The notes: generated by a model not told the origin, from the letters alone. A stretch of 64,000 bases of DNA from Verrucomicrobiia bacterium (GCA_035545995.1 DASZXH010000053.1:33345-97344), one strand, 5' to 3'; shown: positions 33,859 through 42,209, counted from the first letter of the stretch. Numbers and translations: made by a program.

Positions 33859-34983
33859 TCAAATTTCCAAAACTTTCTCAAAGCGCGTCAGATTTTTTGC
33901 GCCGCTGGCAGTGACGAGCGCGACATCTTCCAAGCGCACGCCGCCGATTTCGGGATAATAAAGTCCCGGCTCGACGGTGACGACATGGCCGGTTTTCAAT
34001 TCGCCGGTCGAAGTCGCGCCCACGCGCGGCGCTTCATGGATTTCCAGTCCGAGTCCGTGGCCGGTGCCGTGAAAAAATCCTTCCATGCGCCCGTTGCACT
34101 TGCCGGTTTTGTAGCCGTGCTTCACAAAATAATCCTGAACGGCTTTGTGAACTTCCGCCGTTTTCACTTTGGCGCGGATTTTTTCAAACGCGATTTTTTG
34201 TCCCTGCCAGACAGTGTCATAAAGTTTTCGCGCCGCTTCGCTCGCGCGCCCGCGAACGACCGTGCGCGTGATGTCGCCGAAATAGCCGGTCTTTTGTGAG
34301 CGCGGGAAAATATCGAGGATAATCAGCTCATTGGCGCGCAACGGGCCGTAACCGCGTTCGTGCGGGTCGCAGGCTTGTTTGCCGCCGGCGACAATGGTGT
34401 TCGCCGCCAATCCGCTCGCCTGCAAAATCGCGCAGTCAATAATCGCGCGCAACCGTTCGGAAGTCAGTGGTGCACTGCGATAAATCAATTGCCGGCGTTT
34501 GCCGATTTTTGAAAGTTGCAGCGCGCGAATGCCTTCGGCCATGCCGACTTCCGCCATCGTCAGCGCGGCGGAAATTTTTTTCACTTCATCCGCGTTTTTG
34601 AATTCGCGTTTCGGGAAAAAATTCGACTGCGGTTTCAATTTGACGCCCAGCTTTTTCAATTCCCGCGCGAGGCCGAGCGGAAAATTGTCGGGAACGAGAA
34701 CGCGCTGGGATTTTTTCTCTCGCAAAATCTCGCGGATGATTTTGGCGAAGCTGATTTTTTTGACGCCGTCAGCGCGTAATTTTCTTTGATGTGCGCTCAA
34801 TGAGGCGACGCGGCAATGCGGCGCTTGCCGTCGTGCGCGGTCAATTTCCAAATCGCTCATCACGAGCAGCGGGCGTCCGCCGAAATTCAGGTAAATAAAC
34901 GGGTCGGGCACGAACAGGCCGGTGGCGTAAAGCATGTTCGCGTCGCGTTCGCTGTCGGCGACAATGAGCAATGTTTCGGGCAT
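33859..34983 (-). CDS. pepP: M24-family Xaa-Pro aminopeptidase
   Basis: 374 aa. Metal ligands in DIFPRSQKTGYFGDITRT, FHGTGHGLGLEIHE, VVTVEPGLY, GGVRLED. Confidence 0.9.
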   Translation of the reverse strand: MPETLLIVADSERDANMLYATGLFVPDPFIYLNFGGRPLLVMSDLEIDRARRQAPHCRVASLSAHQRKLRADGVKKISFAKIIREILREKKSQRVLVPDNFPLGLARELKKLGVKLKPQSNFFPKREFKNADEVKKISAALTMAEVGMAEGIRALQLSKIGKRRQLIYRSAPLTSERLRAIIDCAILQASGLAANTIVAGGKQACDPHERGYGPLRANELIILDIFPRSQKTGYFGDITRTVVRGRASEAARKLYDTVWQGQKIAFEKIRAKVKTAEVHKAVQDYFVKHGYKTGKCNGRMEGFFHGTGHGLGLEIHEAPRVGATSTGELKTGHVVTVEPGLYYPEIGGVRLEDVALVTASGAKNLTRFEKVLEI

Positions 34984-34988
34984 TTTTT

Positions 34989-35066
34989 CCGCAGATTGCG
35001 CCGATTGGCGCCGATTTATTTTTCCAAAATCAATTTTAAGTCCGCGTTAATCTGTGAAATCTGCGG
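34989..35066. repeat. 78-bp element bounded by 9-bp inverted repeats in the upp-pepP spacer
   Basis: CCGCAGATT (34989-34997) / AATCTGCGG (35058-35066). Internal short tandem duplications GATTGCGCC GATTGGCGCC and AATCTGTGA AATCTGCGG, then CAAGTTCAAGTT. Confidence 0.65.
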
Positions 35067-35072
35067 ACAAGT

Positions 35073-35696
35073 TCAAGTTCCAAAAAGCCGGTCGCCCGCG
35101 TCGCCGAGACCGGGCACGATGTAGCCGCGCTCGTTCAATTTCTTGTCCACGGCGGCGGTGTAAATGGGCACGCGCGGATAACTTTTTTGCACAGTGTGGA
35201 TGCCTTCGGGCGCGGCGACCAGATTCACGAGGCGGATGTGTTTCGCGCCTTGTTCGACTAGCAAATCAATCGCGGCGACGGCGCTGCCGCCAGTCGCGAG
35301 CATCGGGTCAATCAAAACGACTTCAAAGCTTTCGAGATTTTTCGGCAGGCTTTTGTGATAAAACATCGCGCGCAACGTGGTTTCCTCGCGTTTCAATCCG
35401 ATGAGGCCGACGCGCGCGTGCGGAATTAATTGCAAAATGGAGTCGAGCATTCCCAATCCGGCGCGTAAAACGGGAACGAGCACGACTTCGCGCTCGAGTT
35501 GAAATCCGTTCGCCACGGCCAGCGGCGTTTCCACGGAAATTTTTTTGACGGAAAAATTGCGCGTGGCCTCGTAAATCATCAGCGAAGCGATTTCGCCAAG
35601 CAAACGGCGGAATTCCTGCGGTTGTGTCCGTTTGTCGCGCAACCGAGTGAGATTGTGCTGCACCAGCGGATGAGCGATGACGGTGACGCTCTTCAT
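35073..35696 (-). CDS. upp: uracil phosphoribosyltransferase
   Basis: 207 aa. LVPVLRAGLGM, PRPP loop VVLIDPMLATGGSA, YIVPGLGDAGDRLFGT. Confidence 0.97.
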   Translation of the reverse strand: MKSVTVIAHPLVQHNLTRLRDKRTQPQEFRRLLGEIASLMIYEATRNFSVKKISVETPLAVANGFQLEREVVLVPVLRAGLGMLDSILQLIPHARVGLIGLKREETTLRAMFYHKSLPKNLESFEVVLIDPMLATGGSAVAAIDLLVEQGAKHIRLVNLVAAPEGIHTVQKSYPRVPIYTAAVDKKLNERGYIVPGLGDAGDRLFGT

Positions 35697-36806
35697 TTAA
35701 TCCATCGGCGGCAGCCAGAGGAAATAACGTTCGCCCGCCTGCAATTTGGGCGCTTCGACGCCGAGGTCAATCTTGATGTCGTGCGCCTTGCTGCTTTGGC
35801 CAAACATGGAAAGAAAATTGGAGATGTCGTAACGCTCGCGATATTCGACCAGATTGGCCTTGCTGATGTTGGCAATCTTTTCCGCGCGATCCACGGCGTC
35901 ATCAAAATCGCCGAGTTCATCCACAAACCCCAATTGCAATGCCTGCGTGCCGGAAACGACACGGCCATCGGCATAATCTTCCCAATCCAACGCGAGCGCG
36001 CGTCCGTCCTTTTTGTTGATGGCGTGAGCCGTGCCGCGACCCGTGCGCACGACGTTCTTGAATTTTTGATACGTCTCGTTGATGAGCGATTGCACAATCA
36101 CGTGTTCTTCCGACGGAATTTCATTCGTTTCGCGCATCCCGCTCAACATGTCCTTGAGCTTGCCGCTTTTATAGACCACCGGTTGCAAGCCGATTTTATC
36201 CATGAGTTGGCGGTAATTGAAACCTTCCATGATGACACCGATGCTGCCGGTAAGCGTCAAATCATTTGCGACAATCCAACGGCATGGCGCGGAAATATAA
36301 TAACCGCCCGACGCCGCGAGACTGCCCATCGAACAAATCACCGGCTTTTTAGAATCATCTTCAAAACTGGCGATCGCCTTGTTGATTTGGTCCGAAGCCA
36401 TCACTTCGCCGCCCGGCGAATTGACTTTGAGAATCACGGCCTTCACGCTTTTGTCATCGGCGGCGCGGTCCAATTGCGCCTGAATTACATCCACCATGTT
36501 GTAACCGGATTGGTCGGTCGTCTGGCCGGTGATGATGCCGTCCACCGTTATGACCGCGATTTTATTGTGCGAATCATTGTCGTCCAAAACAAACTCATCC
36601 AGCTTCGGGCCGGCCTGCCGCGTGATGGCCGGAGTGAAACCGCGACTGAAACTGAACGCGCGTGAGACCATCTGCACGAAATTTCCAAACAGACTGAACG
36701 CCAGCAGCACAATCAAGATGATGGCAAAAATCATCCAGCCGCGACTCTTGCGCGGTTTGGCTGGCGGCGGTGGTGTGATGACCGGCGGCGGAGATAAATT
36801 ATCCAT
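35697..36806 (-). CDS. sppA: signal peptide peptidase SppA, 36K type (S49)
   Basis: 369 aa. N-terminal TM helix, INSPGG, SMGSLAASGGYYIS, GSIGV. The stop abuts the upp start. Confidence 0.92.
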   Translation of the reverse strand: MDNLSPPPVITPPPPAKPRKSRGWMIFAIILIVLLAFSLFGNFVQMVSRAFSFSRGFTPAITRQAGPKLDEFVLDDNDSHNKIAVITVDGIITGQTTDQSGYNMVDVIQAQLDRAADDKSVKAVILKVNSPGGEVMASDQINKAIASFEDDSKKPVICSMGSLAASGGYYISAPCRWIVANDLTLTGSIGVIMEGFNYRQLMDKIGLQPVVYKSGKLKDMLSGMRETNEIPSEEHVIVQSLINETYQKFKNVVRTGRGTAHAINKKDGRALALDWEDYADGRVVSGTQALQLGFVDELGDFDDAVDRAEKIANISKANLVEYRERYDISNFLSMFGQSSKAHDIKIDLGVEAPKLQAGERYFLWLPPMD

Positions 36807-36855
36807 AACGGCTGGAAGCTAATGCAAAATCGGCGCACGGGCAAGGTGTTTAAGC

Positions 36856-37839
36856 TTACCAATACGGATGCACCAGCGGCTTGATTTCCGCGTCATAAAG
36901 CGCGCGGATTTTTTTCAGCGTTGTTTTCGGCAGTGGCTTCAAATCCGACGCCGCGATGTTTTCCGCAACTTGCGCCGGACGTTTCGCGCCGGGAATCGCG
37001 CACGTCACGGCGGGAAATTCCAGAATCCAGCGCAACGCCAGTTGCGCGAGCGAAACATTTTTGGGCGCGAGCGATTTCAATTCCTGCACCGCGCGCAATC
37101 CCGTTTCAAAGTCCACGCCGGAAAAGGTTTCGCCGCGGTCAAACGCTTCACCGTGCCGATTGAAATTCCGGTGGTCGTCTTTTGCGAATTTGCTTTCTCG
37201 CGTGATTTTACCCGATAACAAACCCGACGCCAGCGGCACGCGCGCGAGAATTCCCACTTTGCGTTTGCGCGCCTGCTCAAAAAATAAATCCGCTGGACGT
37301 TGCCGGAAAATGTTGAAAATGATTTGCACGGATTGGACGTTCGGAAATTCAATCGCCTTGAGCGCTTCCTCGACCTTTTCCACGCTCACGCCGTAATGCC
37401 GTAATTTTCCCGCTTTGACCAAATCGTCCAAAATGCCGAAAACTTCCGGCAAATAATAAACTTCCGTCGGCGGACAATGCAGTTGCAACAAATCCAGCGC
37501 GTCCGTTTCCAGATTCTTCAAACTGCGCTCAATCCACGACGTAAGATTTTCGCGATTGTAGCTTTCGGGAACTTGTTTCGGCAACCGGCGACCGGTTTTG
37601 GTGGCGATGTAAAATTTCTCTTTCCGCTCGCGTTTCAATTTCGCCAGCAATCGTTCGCTGCGGCCATCGCCATAAACGTCCGCCGTGTCGAAAAAATTCA
37701 CGCCGCCGTCGAGCGCGGCGTGCAATGCGGCGAGCGAATCTTTGTCGTCCACGTTTCCCCACGCGCCGCCGATGGCCCACGCGCCAAAACTGATTTCAGA
37801 AACTTTCCAGCCGGTTCGACCGAGAGTGCGATAGTTCAT
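36856..37839 (-). CDS. aldo/keto reductase
   Basis: 327 aa. GAWAIGG, FFDTADVYGDGRSE, IATK, LLQLH, PGAKRPAQVEEN-like PGAKRPAQVAEN. Confidence 0.92.
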   Translation of the reverse strand: MNYRTLGRTGWKVSEISFGAWAIGGAWGNVDDKDSLAALHAALDGGVNFFDTADVYGDGRSERLLAKLKRERKEKFYIATKTGRRLPKQVPESYNRENLTSWIERSLKNLETDALDLLQLHCPPTEVYYLPEVFGILDDLVKAGKLRHYGVSVEKVEEALKAIEFPNVQSVQIIFNIFRQRPADLFFEQARKRKVGILARVPLASGLLSGKITRESKFAKDDHRNFNRHGEAFDRGETFSGVDFETGLRAVQELKSLAPKNVSLAQLALRWILEFPAVTCAIPGAKRPAQVAENIAASDLKPLPKTTLKKIRALYDAEIKPLVHPYW

Positions 37840-37894
37840 GGACTTAATTAAAAACTCCCGCGCCGATTTGCCAACACATTTTCGATGGCAGAAA

Positions 37895-38212
37895 TCAACA
37901 GGGCAAAATTTCCTTCATTTTCGATTCGTTCAAATTGGATTCCGTGTTGGTGAATTTGGGGAAACGTTTCAGGAAGCTAATCAACTTTTTGTGCAAAATC
38001 TGACTGGCTTCCGCGCGTTTTTGGCGACGGACGATGATCTCCGCGCTCACACGCTCGCGCAGCGCGTCGCATTTCTGCGCGGCCAATTTATTCTGTTGCG
38101 CCAGTTCGATCATTTGCTTTTGCAATTCGACGAGACGACGATACTGCTCCAAATCGCTTGCGACTTGGTCGGGTCTTTGGATTTCCTCCGCACCTTGAGC
38201 CATTGAATTCAA
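37895..38212 (-). CDS. hypothetical coiled-coil protein
   Basis: 105-aa ORF with heptad-like charged sequence (LEQYRRLVELQKQMIELAQQNKLAAQK). No motif recognised. Confidence 0.45.
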   Translation of the reverse strand: MNSMAQGAEEIQRPDQVASDLEQYRRLVELQKQMIELAQQNKLAAQKCDALRERVSAEIIVRRQKRAEASQILHKKLISFLKRFPKFTNTESNLNESKMKEILPC

Positions 38213-38228
38213 AAATTATTGCCTGCCA

Positions 38229-38300
38229 TTATTTCTGAAATATGCCAGTGCGTTTGACATCCGTGACCGGCATGCCGGTGAAGGCGATTTCGGTGAACAT
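38229..38300 (-). pseudogene. possible truncated 5' remnant of a glyoxalase/VOC-family gene
   Basis: The 23-codon ORF MFTEIAFTGMPVTDVKRTGIFQK* resembles the first beta-alpha unit of VOC proteins (..V.D..R...FY). It stops abruptly at the edge of the AT-rich islet. Confidence 0.25.
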
Positions 38301-38398
38301 AAAATTGAAGTGCCATGTTAAATTTTAATTGCTGCGCAACTCAATCTTTTTTCCAACTTGCGTTGCTATTCCAAATTCAAGTTAATTATCGCCGACAA

Positions 38399-38647
38399 AT
38401 GCGCTACGAAATTGAATTTGTCGAATCAGCATTGCAACAACTTCGCGCGTTGCCGAAAGACGCGCGGCGTTTGATTGGCGCAAAACTCGACCGGGCGCAG
38501 AATGATTTGTCCGGCGACATCAAAAAACTAAAAGGTTTCAAAAACAAATACCGGCTGCGCGCCGGAAATTATCGCGTGTTATTTGAATTGGAAGGCGCTT
38601 GCCTTGTGGTGTATGATGTTGGCGACAGGAAAGACATTTATGAGTAA
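38399..38647 (+). CDS. RelE/ParE-superfamily type II toxin
   Basis: 82 aa from the ATG at 38399: MRYEIEFVESALQQLRALPKDARRLIGAKLD...KKLKGFKNKYRLRAGNYRVLFELEGACLVVYDVGDRKDIY. This is the typical RelE/ParE layout. Confidence 0.8.
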   Translation: MRYEIEFVESALQQLRALPKDARRLIGAKLDRAQNDLSGDIKKLKGFKNKYRLRAGNYRVLFELEGACLVVYDVGDRKDIYE

Positions 38648-38849
38648 CGCCGCTTTGACAGCCAAACCGTCCGGCAACTGGACGCAACTCAACAAACAGC
38701 TTGCGCAAGCCAAAGCCTTGATGCGCCAGATGAGCCGCACTGTCGAAGACATTGAAGATGCGCGCACGATTGAACGCGCCAAACGCGCCAACGGCAACAA
38801 ACTGCGCATCCCGTGGTCGCAGGTCAAAAAGGAATTGCAGTTGGATTAA
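38640..38849 (+). CDS. putative cognate antitoxin (downstream of the toxin)
   Basis: 69 aa. Its ATG overlaps the toxin stop (ATGAGTAA, 8-nt overlap). The acidic/helical segment VEDIEDARTIERAKRANGNKLRIPWSQVKKEL resembles toxin-binding tails of RelE/ParE partners. Confidence 0.55.
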   Translation: MSNAALTAKPSGNWTQLNKQLAQAKALMRQMSRTVEDIEDARTIERAKRANGNKLRIPWSQVKKELQLD

Positions 38850-39697
38850 ACTGGAGGTTGTTCGGGAACAGGAGCAGAGTTTTCTGCAAATGGTGAACCA
38901 CTCGCCAGAATTGGTGTTGAACTGTCGTCTGCCCTTGCAGTTTTCTTTGCTGCTTTATTTTGCGCTTTGGCTAATTTTTTTTGAGCTTCCAAAACTTTTG
39001 GAGCGTGATCGTCCACGACCTCTCCTTTTAGAACATCTTTACGAAGGGCTGACTCGATTTCTTCAATAGTAATTTTGGCATTTGGAGATACGCGCCGCAA
39101 TTCGCGCCGAATAATTTCTCGAACAGGTTTTGTTAGAATCGTCGCTGCAAGCGAAAATCTGTTCAACGCTTGCTGGTGAGCATCGTAATCCTCGAGACAA
39201 CAACGAAGATTGCCTTCCTTCGTGATTAAATAAAGAGATTGTAAATCGGAACTGACTTTATGGTTGAGTTTTAGAAATTCAAACTCTAACACAAGTTCTT
39301 GATTTATTGGTTGACCAAAAATGATTTTATAAACCTGCCAACGAAGCCCATTTGTAAGAATTATCCACTTCACTCCTTCTTTCACACCATAAAAAACAGC
39401 TTGATTTATTTGATTTTCCTTCAGTTCAACGTCAACAGCTTTTCCTTCGATGAGAAGGCAGGGTTTTGTATTATCATTCAGTTTGATGGCAAGGTCGCAA
39501 TATGTGCCTTTGATGGCATGTTCAGATGTGATTTCACGAAACTTGTCATACCCAAATGTCTCGGACAAAATATCTTTTACGATGTCAACCGTGTCAGCTT
39601 CATTACAATCACGGTTCTTTGCATCCGCCAAAATCGGCTGGAATTTTTTGATGCCAGCCGCGAGGCGACTCGCGACTTTGTTTGGAATTGATTTCAT
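38846..39697 (-). CDS. standalone HsdR-N-terminal-like PD-(D/E)xK nuclease-fold protein
   Basis: 283 aa, AT-rich. NEADTVDIVKDILSETFGYDKF...YCDLAIK...LLIEGKAV...NQAVFYGVKEGVKWIILTNGLRWQVY is the HSDR_N_2-type pattern (D...E-x-K). Lys/Ala-rich disordered tail. Confidence 0.7.
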   Translation of the reverse strand: MKSIPNKVASRLAAGIKKFQPILADAKNRDCNEADTVDIVKDILSETFGYDKFREITSEHAIKGTYCDLAIKLNDNTKPCLLIEGKAVDVELKENQINQAVFYGVKEGVKWIILTNGLRWQVYKIIFGQPINQELVLEFEFLKLNHKVSSDLQSLYLITKEGNLRCCLEDYDAHQQALNRFSLAATILTKPVREIIRRELRRVSPNAKITIEEIESALRKDVLKGEVVDDHAPKVLEAQKKLAKAQNKAAKKTARADDSSTPILASGSPFAENSAPVPEQPPV

Positions 39698-39726
39698 GGG
39701 TTTCCCTTCACTTTATTAAACGACTA

Positions 39727-40932
39727 TCATTTTCCGACCGCTTTGACAACTTTCTGCGCCGCGTCGGACATCGAATCGCCGGTGATGATGGCGACACCGG
39801 ATTCGGCGAGCGTTTTCTTGCCGGCGGCGACATTGTTGCCTTCCAGTCGCACGACGAGCGGCAATTTCAGTCCCGTTTCCTTCACCGCCGCGACGATGCC
39901 GGTGGCGATGACGTTGCAATCCATGATGCCGCCGAAAATGTTCACCAAAATGCCTTTCACGTTCGGGTCGCTCAAAATGATTTTGAACGCCGCCGTGACT
40001 TGTTCCTTGCTCGCGCCACCGCCCACGTCGAGGAAATTCGCCGGACTGCCACCAAAATGCTGGATGATGTCCATCGTTGCCATCGCCAGACCCGCGCCGT
40101 TGACGAGGCACGCGATGCTGCCGTCCAGCTTGATGTAATTCAGCGCGTATTTGCTCGCTTCGATTTCCAGCGGCGCTTCTTCGTTCAAATCGCGCATTTC
40201 CTGAATGTCCTTGTGGCGATACAGCGCGTTGTCGTCCAAAGAAATTTTTGCGTCGAGCGCGATGACCGTTTCCTTGCCGTCGCGCAATTCGATGACCGCG
40301 AGCGGATTCAATTCCACCATCGCCGCGTCGCATTCCCACCAAGTGTTATAGACGCCGGTGATCAACTTCACGCCCGCATTGAACAAATCGCCTTTCAGTC
40401 CAAGCGCGGCGGCAATTTTGCGCGCCTGAAACGGCATGATGCCAACGGCGGGGTCAATCCATTCCTTGAAAATTTTTTCCGGCGTGTGCGCGGCGACTTC
40501 CTCGATGTCCATGCCGCCTTCCGTGCTCGCCATGACGAGCGGACGCGAATTCGCGCGGTCGAGCAGCACGGCCAGATAAAATTCTTTTTTAATCTTCGCG
40601 CCTTCGGAAATCAGCAACGTCTGCACCTTGCGCCCATCCGTGCCAGTCTGTTTCGTGACCAAAATTTCGCCGAGCATTTTTTCCGCGAACGAAACCGCTT
40701 CGTTCACCGAGCCGGCGACTTTGACACCGCCTTGAAATCCTGTTTTGAACGTGCCCTTGCCGCGACCGCCCGCGTGGATTTGCGATTTGACGACGACTTT
40801 CGCGCTGCCGCTGGCGGCGATTTTATCCGCCGCCGGACGCACTTCGGCGAGCGATTTGGCGGGAATTTCGAGCGGGACGAGAACGCAGTGGCGGGCGAGG
40901 AGTTGTTTGGCCTGATATTCGTGGATGTTCAT
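39727..40932 (-). CDS. sucC: succinyl-CoA synthetase beta subunit (ADP-forming)
   Basis: 401 aa. [15 protein letters not shown]-grasp [45 protein letters not shown]. Confidence 0.97.
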   Translation of the reverse strand: MNIHEYQAKQLLARHCVLVPLEIPAKSLAEVRPAADKIAASGSAKVVVKSQIHAGGRGKGTFKTGFQGGVKVAGSVNEAVSFAEKMLGEILVTKQTGTDGRKVQTLLISEGAKIKKEFYLAVLLDRANSRPLVMASTEGGMDIEEVAAHTPEKIFKEWIDPAVGIMPFQARKIAAALGLKGDLFNAGVKLITGVYNTWWECDAAMVELNPLAVIELRDGKETVIALDAKISLDDNALYRHKDIQEMRDLNEEAPLEIEASKYALNYIKLDGSIACLVNGAGLAMATMDIIQHFGGSPANFLDVGGGASKEQVTAAFKIILSDPNVKGILVNIFGGIMDCNVIATGIVAAVKETGLKLPLVVRLEGNNVAAGKKTLAESGVAIITGDSMSDAAQKVVKAVGK

Positions 40933-41164
40933 TGCAAATTTGAAAGGCGAATTAAAAAGAATTGCCGATGAAAATCAAACATTTAACGCAAAACATTGCG
41001 CGCCAAAAATCATTGACCACGCAAAATAATTCCCGCAACATCCGTTTGCCATGTTCGTGAAACCAACCAAGCCGATGATTGTTATCGCAACGCTGAAGCG
41101 CGTCGCGTGGCACGTCATTGCGCGCAGGCGGGATTTCCGAAGGGATTAACCTAATCATTTTCTG

Positions 41165-41200
41165 AAAACCCGCTGGAATCTCCGGCGGGTTTTTATTTTT
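41165..41200 (+). terminator. strong intrinsic terminator 37 nt upstream of the EamA start codon
   Basis: AAAACCCGCTGG-AATCT-CCGGCGGGTTTT (12-bp stem, one mismatch) followed by TATTTTT. Confidence 0.6.
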
Positions 41201-41236
41201 CCGCCGCGTCGCGTGTTTCGGAAATCACAAATAAAA

Positions 41237-42154
41237 ATGAACGCAACATCATCATCTGCCGCCGCGAACCGGACTTTATTGATTGTGGCGTTTGCGACAG
41301 TTTACGTCATTTGGGGTTCAACGTATCTGGCGATTCGCGTGGCAGTGGAAACGATGCCGCCGTTTCTTCTGGCGGGAGTTCGGTTTCTGGTCGCGGGCGC
41401 GGCAATGTTCATTTACCTGCGATTGAAAGGCGTGGCGATGCCGAACAGACAACAATGGTTGCACGCGGCGATTGCGGGAATTTTGATGTTGCTCGGCGGC
41501 AATGGATTGGTCGTGTGGGCGGAGCAAACAGTGTCGTCCAATCTTGCGGCCTTGCTGGTGGCGTTGACGCCGGTGTGGTTTGCGTTGTTGGATTGGGCGC
41601 GTCTGGCCGGAAAACGTCCGGCAATTTATACGTGGGCAGGCATTATTGTCGGATTTGTTGGCGTGGCCTTGTTGGTGAGCGGGCATCACGCGCCCAACAT
41701 CAATGCGACGCAAAATCCGTGGGGCGTGGCGGCATTGATTGCGGCAGGATTTTTATGGGCAGCCGGCTCGTTGTGGTCGCGTTACCACGTCAAACCGGAA
41801 TCGCCGTGGATGAACGCGGCGGCACAGATGATTTGTGGCGGCGCTGTTTTGCTGCTGCTTTCATTGTTTCGCCACGAACCGGCGCATTTTCATTTGGCAC
41901 AAGTCTCACTGCAATCGTTTCTAGCACTTTTATATTTGATTGTTTGCGGCTCGTGGATCGCTTTCAGCGCGTATGTGTGGCTGTTGAAAGCGACCACGCC
42001 GTCGCGTTTGGCGACTTACGCTTACGTGAATCCGTTGATTGCCGTGCTACTGGGCGTCGGCATTTTGGGCGAACCGTTGGGAGCGCGAACATTATGGGCG
42101 GCGGCAACAATTTTGGCGGGCGTGGTCATCACGACGCTGCCGAAACGTGAATGA
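41237..42154 (+). CDS. EamA/DMT-superfamily transporter
   Basis: Start trimmed to the ATG at 41237. Ten TM helices in two EamA repeats (VIWGSTYLAIR..., second half WAAGSLWSRY...). Confidence 0.85.
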   Translation: MNATSSSAAANRTLLIVAFATVYVIWGSTYLAIRVAVETMPPFLLAGVRFLVAGAAMFIYLRLKGVAMPNRQQWLHAAIAGILMLLGGNGLVVWAEQTVSSNLAALLVALTPVWFALLDWARLAGKRPAIYTWAGIIVGFVGVALLVSGHHAPNINATQNPWGVAALIAAGFLWAAGSLWSRYHVKPESPWMNAAAQMICGGAVLLLLSLFRHEPAHFHLAQVSLQSFLALLYLIVCGSWIAFSAYVWLLKATTPSRLATYAYVNPLIAVLLGVGILGEPLGARTLWAAATILAGVVITTLPKRE

Positions 42155-42209
42155 AACTTGCAAACCATTTCCTTGAATTGAAAACGACGCGCGGGCAATC
42201 TGCGTGCCG

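Noticed and set aside
35499-36665. 388-aa ORF on the plus strand
   Set aside because: It is antisense to upp and sppA. It is a shadow ORF.
39682-40971. 429-aa ORF on the plus strand
   Set aside because: It is antisense to sucC. It is a shadow ORF.
41311-42150. 279-aa alternative-frame ORF inside the EamA gene
   Set aside because: It is on the same strand but out of frame, and its product is a Gly/Arg-rich non-membrane sequence. The EamA frame gives ten clean TM helices.
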